From: Candidatus Rokubacteria bacterium CSP1-6 | GTDB taxonomy: Bacteria; Methylomirabilota; Methylomirabilia; Rokubacteriales; CSP1-6 | Direction: 5' to 3' | DNA length: 64,000 bases | Assembly: GCA_001443385.1 (NCBI GenBank) | Contig: LDXP01000003.1 | Coordinates: 33,755-97,754, forward strand | Position numbers and translations under genes: made by a program | Part shown: piece by piece, positions 61,567 through 64,000 of the stretch | Position numbering within the stretch: position 1 is the first letter of the stretch | Layout: each line of letters starts with the position of its first letter | Notes under the pieces: generated by a model | What the model saw: only the letters and a program-made list of their open reading frames with translations | Told to the model about the DNA's origin: nothing | Database searches by the model: none

Positions 61567-62431
61567 TGGGGGTGCCGAGGAGGCCGGAAGGCTTGAAGAG
61601 GAGGACCAGGATGAACAGGGCGAAGATCCCGATCTGGGCCAGCGAGCCGTGGACGAAGAGCCCGCCCAGTGACTCCACGACGCCCACGAGCAGGCCGCCG
61701 GCCAGCGCGCCCGCGAAGGAGCCCATGCCGCCCAGCACGACGACGACAAATGCGGTGATGACGAGGGTGTTGCCCACCTCGGGAGAGACGTAGAAGAAGG
61801 GGACGGCCATCGCGCCGGCCGCCGTCACGCACGCCGTCCCGATCCCAAAAGCGACCGCATAGACCCGCTGGACCGGGATGCCCACGAGTGCGGCGCCGTC
61901 CCGCTCCTCGGCGGCCGCGCGGAGGGCTTTGCCCAGGTCGGTGAACCTCAGAAAGAGGAAGAGGAGCAGCGTGACGGCGAGCGCTCCCGCGAAGGCCAGG
62001 AGCCGGGGCAGGCTCAGGAGGATCGGCCCGAGGGAGACCGAGGCCTGCGAGTACGAGACGAGCAGCGTGCGGGGGTCGGCCTTGAACGTGAGGAGCGCCA
62101 GGTTTTCCAGGAAGAGCGCCAGCCCCAGCGTCATCAGGAGCTGGTTGTGCTCGGGAGCCTCGAGGACGGGGGTGATGACGGCGCGCTGGATCGCGTAGCC
62201 CACCGCGAAGCCCAGGGGGAGGGTGACGGCCAGCGAGAGGTAGGGATCCACGCCCCCGAGCTTGGCCAGCCAGAAGGAGGCGTACATGGCCCACATCATC
62301 AGCGCGCCGTGGGCGAAGTTGATGATCTTCATCACCCCGAAGATCAGGGTGAGGCCGAGGGCGACCAGGGCGTAGAGGCCGCCCAGCATCACGCCGTTGG
62401 CCAGGCTCGACAGGACGACCGCGCTGCTCAT
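61559..62431 (-). CDS. livH: Branched-chain amino acid ABC transporter permease LivH
   Basis: 290-aa permease with conserved LivH sequence. Confidence 0.88.
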   Translation of the reverse strand: MSSAVVLSSLANGVMLGGLYALVALGLTLIFGVMKIINFAHGALMMWAMYASFWLAKLGGVDPYLSLAVTLPLGFAVGYAIQRAVITPVLEAPEHNQLLMTLGLALFLENLALLTFKADPRTLLVSYSQASVSLGPILLSLPRLLAFAGALAVTLLLFLFLRFTDLGKALRAAAEERDGAALVGIPVQRVYAVAFGIGTACVTAAGAMAVPFFYVSPEVGNTLVITAFVVVVLGGMGSFAGALAGGLLVGVVESLGGLFVHGSLAQIGIFALFILVLLFKPSGLLGTPSA

Positions 62432-62455
62432 AAGCTGCCTCGCGCCCGTTCGAGC

Positions 62456-62520
62456 GCCGGCTTTGCCGGCGCAACCCTCGGGGGGAGGTATCGGAAGGGG
62501 GGCGGAGCCCCCCGCCGAGC
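62456..62520 (-). repeat. Intergenic G/C-rich hairpin repeat, copy 3 (inverted orientation)
   Basis: Reverse complement reads GCTCGGCGGGGGGCTCCGCCCCCCTTCCGATACCTCCCCCCGAGGGTTGCGCCGGCAAAGCCGGC, about 90% identical to copy 2; lies between the livK stop and the livH start. Confidence 0.8.
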
Positions 62521-62521
62521 C

Positions 62522-63742
62522 CTAGACGCGCCCCGCCCAGGCGGGCATGGGGATGACGGGCTTGGCCTCCGCGAACTCGTTCGGGTACACGACCACGATC
62601 TTCTGGTCCAGCACCTGCATGAGCAGCGTGCGGGCGTGCGGGTTCTGGCCCTTGTCGTTGAAGGCGATCGGGTAGGGGACGATCTGGTCCTTGAGGTTGG
62701 TCGCCGCCAGGGCGTCCCGCACCTTGTCCCGATCGGTGGAGGCCGCGCGCTCGAGCGCGTCCTTCAAGACGTACGCGGACTGGTAGGCCAGCATCCACTC
62801 GTAGGCGAACGGGTGCTGGTAGGCCTTCTCGAAGGCGGCGATGATCCCCTTGATCCGGGGGTGCTTGGGGTTGTACCAGTGGTTGCCGTCCATCATGTAG
62901 TCGGCGAGCTTGGCCACGTCCTTGATGAAGCGGTACTGGCTGCCCGCCCCGCCGTACACGGAGAGGATCGCCGCCACGTCCACCCGCTGCTCGGCCATGG
63001 TGCGGAGCAGGAGGGAATGCGGGCCGTAGTACGTGGACGGGATGACGATGTCCGCCTTGGCCGCTTTGATCCTGAGCACCTCGTTCGCCAAGCTCTGCGT
63101 CGCCGCGCTGTGCGGGATCCGCTCGACGACGTCCATGCCGATCCCCGGCAGGAGCTTCTGGAGGGTGTCGGCGGTGCTCTTGCCGAAGATCCCGTCCTCG
63201 TGGATCAGCACCACGCGCTTCACCGAGAGCTTCAGGTCCCTGGCCATGGCGCCCAGATAGTCCACGGTGTGCGTGGCGCCCATGCCGGCGTTCGGGCAGG
63301 CGCGGAAGGTGTACTTGAAGCCGCGCTCGGTGATCTGGTCGGCGATCGCCACGTCGAGGACGTGCGGGATCTTGTACTTCTCCGCCTCCTGGGTGGTGAC
63401 GAAGGCGAGCCCGGAGGCGTAGGGGCCGAGGATCGCCACCGCGCCGGCGTCCTTCAGCTTCTCGATGGTGGAGATGGCCACGGGCGGCTTCGACTCGTTG
63501 TCCAGGACCATGAGCTTGAGCTTGGCGCCGCCCATGGACCTGATCCCGCCGCCGGCGTTGATCTCGTTGACGGCGAACTCGATGCCGTTCTTCCCGAGGT
63601 TGCCCTCCCGGGCCAGCCCGCCGGTCAGCGGGTGGGTCTCGCCGACCAGGATCTCTTTGGGCTGGGCGCGCAGGACCGCCGGGAAGCCGAGGCTGCCGGT
63701 CACTGCCGCTGCGCCTTTGACAAACTCTCTCCGTGTGATCAT
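62522..63742 (-). CDS. livK: Branched-chain amino acid ABC transporter substrate-binding protein (Tat signal)
   Basis: Twin-arginine motif RREFVKGAAAV; periplasmic-binding type I fold; 406 aa. Confidence 0.88.
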   Translation of the reverse strand: MITRREFVKGAAAVTGSLGFPAVLRAQPKEILVGETHPLTGGLAREGNLGKNGIEFAVNEINAGGGIRSMGGAKLKLMVLDNESKPPVAISTIEKLKDAGAVAILGPYASGLAFVTTQEAEKYKIPHVLDVAIADQITERGFKYTFRACPNAGMGATHTVDYLGAMARDLKLSVKRVVLIHEDGIFGKSTADTLQKLLPGIGMDVVERIPHSAATQSLANEVLRIKAAKADIVIPSTYYGPHSLLLRTMAEQRVDVAAILSVYGGAGSQYRFIKDVAKLADYMMDGNHWYNPKHPRIKGIIAAFEKAYQHPFAYEWMLAYQSAYVLKDALERAASTDRDKVRDALAATNLKDQIVPYPIAFNDKGQNPHARTLLMQVLDQKIVVVYPNEFAEAKPVIPMPAWAGRV

Positions 63743-64000
63743 GAGTGGGTCTCCTTTGAGAAACGATCGGCCAGGTCGAGCAGGTCCTCGAGTCTGAGGA
63801 GCCGATTCAACTCGGTGAAGGACAGCATCCGGGAAGCGAGCTCGGCCGAGCTGCCGCTCAGCTTCAGCGCCGCGAGGGCCTCGAGAGCCGCTTTGGCCAT
63901 GACACGCGTGAGCAGGTTCGGGAAGATCACCAGCCGGAACCCCAGCGCCTGGAGCCGGGCGACGAGCAGCAACGGAGTCTTCCCGCCCTCCACCAGGTTG
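63739..64000 (-). CDS. C-terminal part of a PEP mutase / isocitrate lyase superfamily protein (gene continues past the window end)
   Basis: Partial ORF ending ...LLDLADRFSKETHS; ATGA overlap with the livK start; weak family assignment. Confidence 0.35.
   Translation of the reverse strand, partial: NLVEGGKTPLLLVARLQALGFRLVIFPNLLTRVMAKAALEALAALKLSGSSAELASRMLSFTELNRLLRLEDLLDLADRFSKETHS

Overview
High-GC (~68%) bacterial chromosomal segment spanning the replication-origin neighbourhood. Gene order (window start to end): atpG(5' end)-atpA-atpH-atpF, mnmA, parB-parA with two parS sites, rsmG, yidC-yidD-rnpA-rpmH (minus strand), then dnaA-dnaN-gyrB-gyrA-serS (plus strand), with DnaA boxes upstream of dnaA and an AT-rich unwinding element between dnaA and dnaN. 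Downstream of serS lies a tRNA cluster holding all four tRNA-Ser isoacceptors plus tRNA-Arg(ACG) next to tadA, then a large Alu-domain-containing SRP RNA (ffs) and dnaX-ybaB-recR. Four items stand out. (1) A tRNA gene (most likely Asn-GUU) after recR is split by a ~560-nt group I intron (R and S core elements recognisable) that carries an HNH homing-endonuclease ORF. (2) A rhodanese-ThiF/MoeB E1-like gene is interrupted by an in-frame TGA that aligns with a conserved active-site Cys, with a downstream hairpin, making it a selenoprotein candidate. (3) A 65-70-nt G/C-rich hairpin repeat is present in 3 intergenic copies. (4) An orphan DndB-like DGQHR gene has DnaA-box-like inverted repeats upstream. 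Further features: apparent -1 frameshifts in dnaX and ppiD, a truncated purine-permease remnant, a degenerate DegP-like pseudo-protease, a dNTP triphosphohydrolase + NERD-like nuclease pair, glcDEF, moaB, htrA, an rml dTDP-rhamnose operon, a Na+-pumping glutaconyl-CoA decarboxylase cluster with glutaryl-CoA dehydrogenase, MFS transporters, trmI, a marR-acrAB RND module, greA, an FAD oxidoreductase, a hydantoinase, and liv branched-chain amino-acid ABC transporter genes. Many long ORFs in the supplied track are antisense or out-of-frame artefacts of the high GC content. Coordinates may be off by 1 nt in places.
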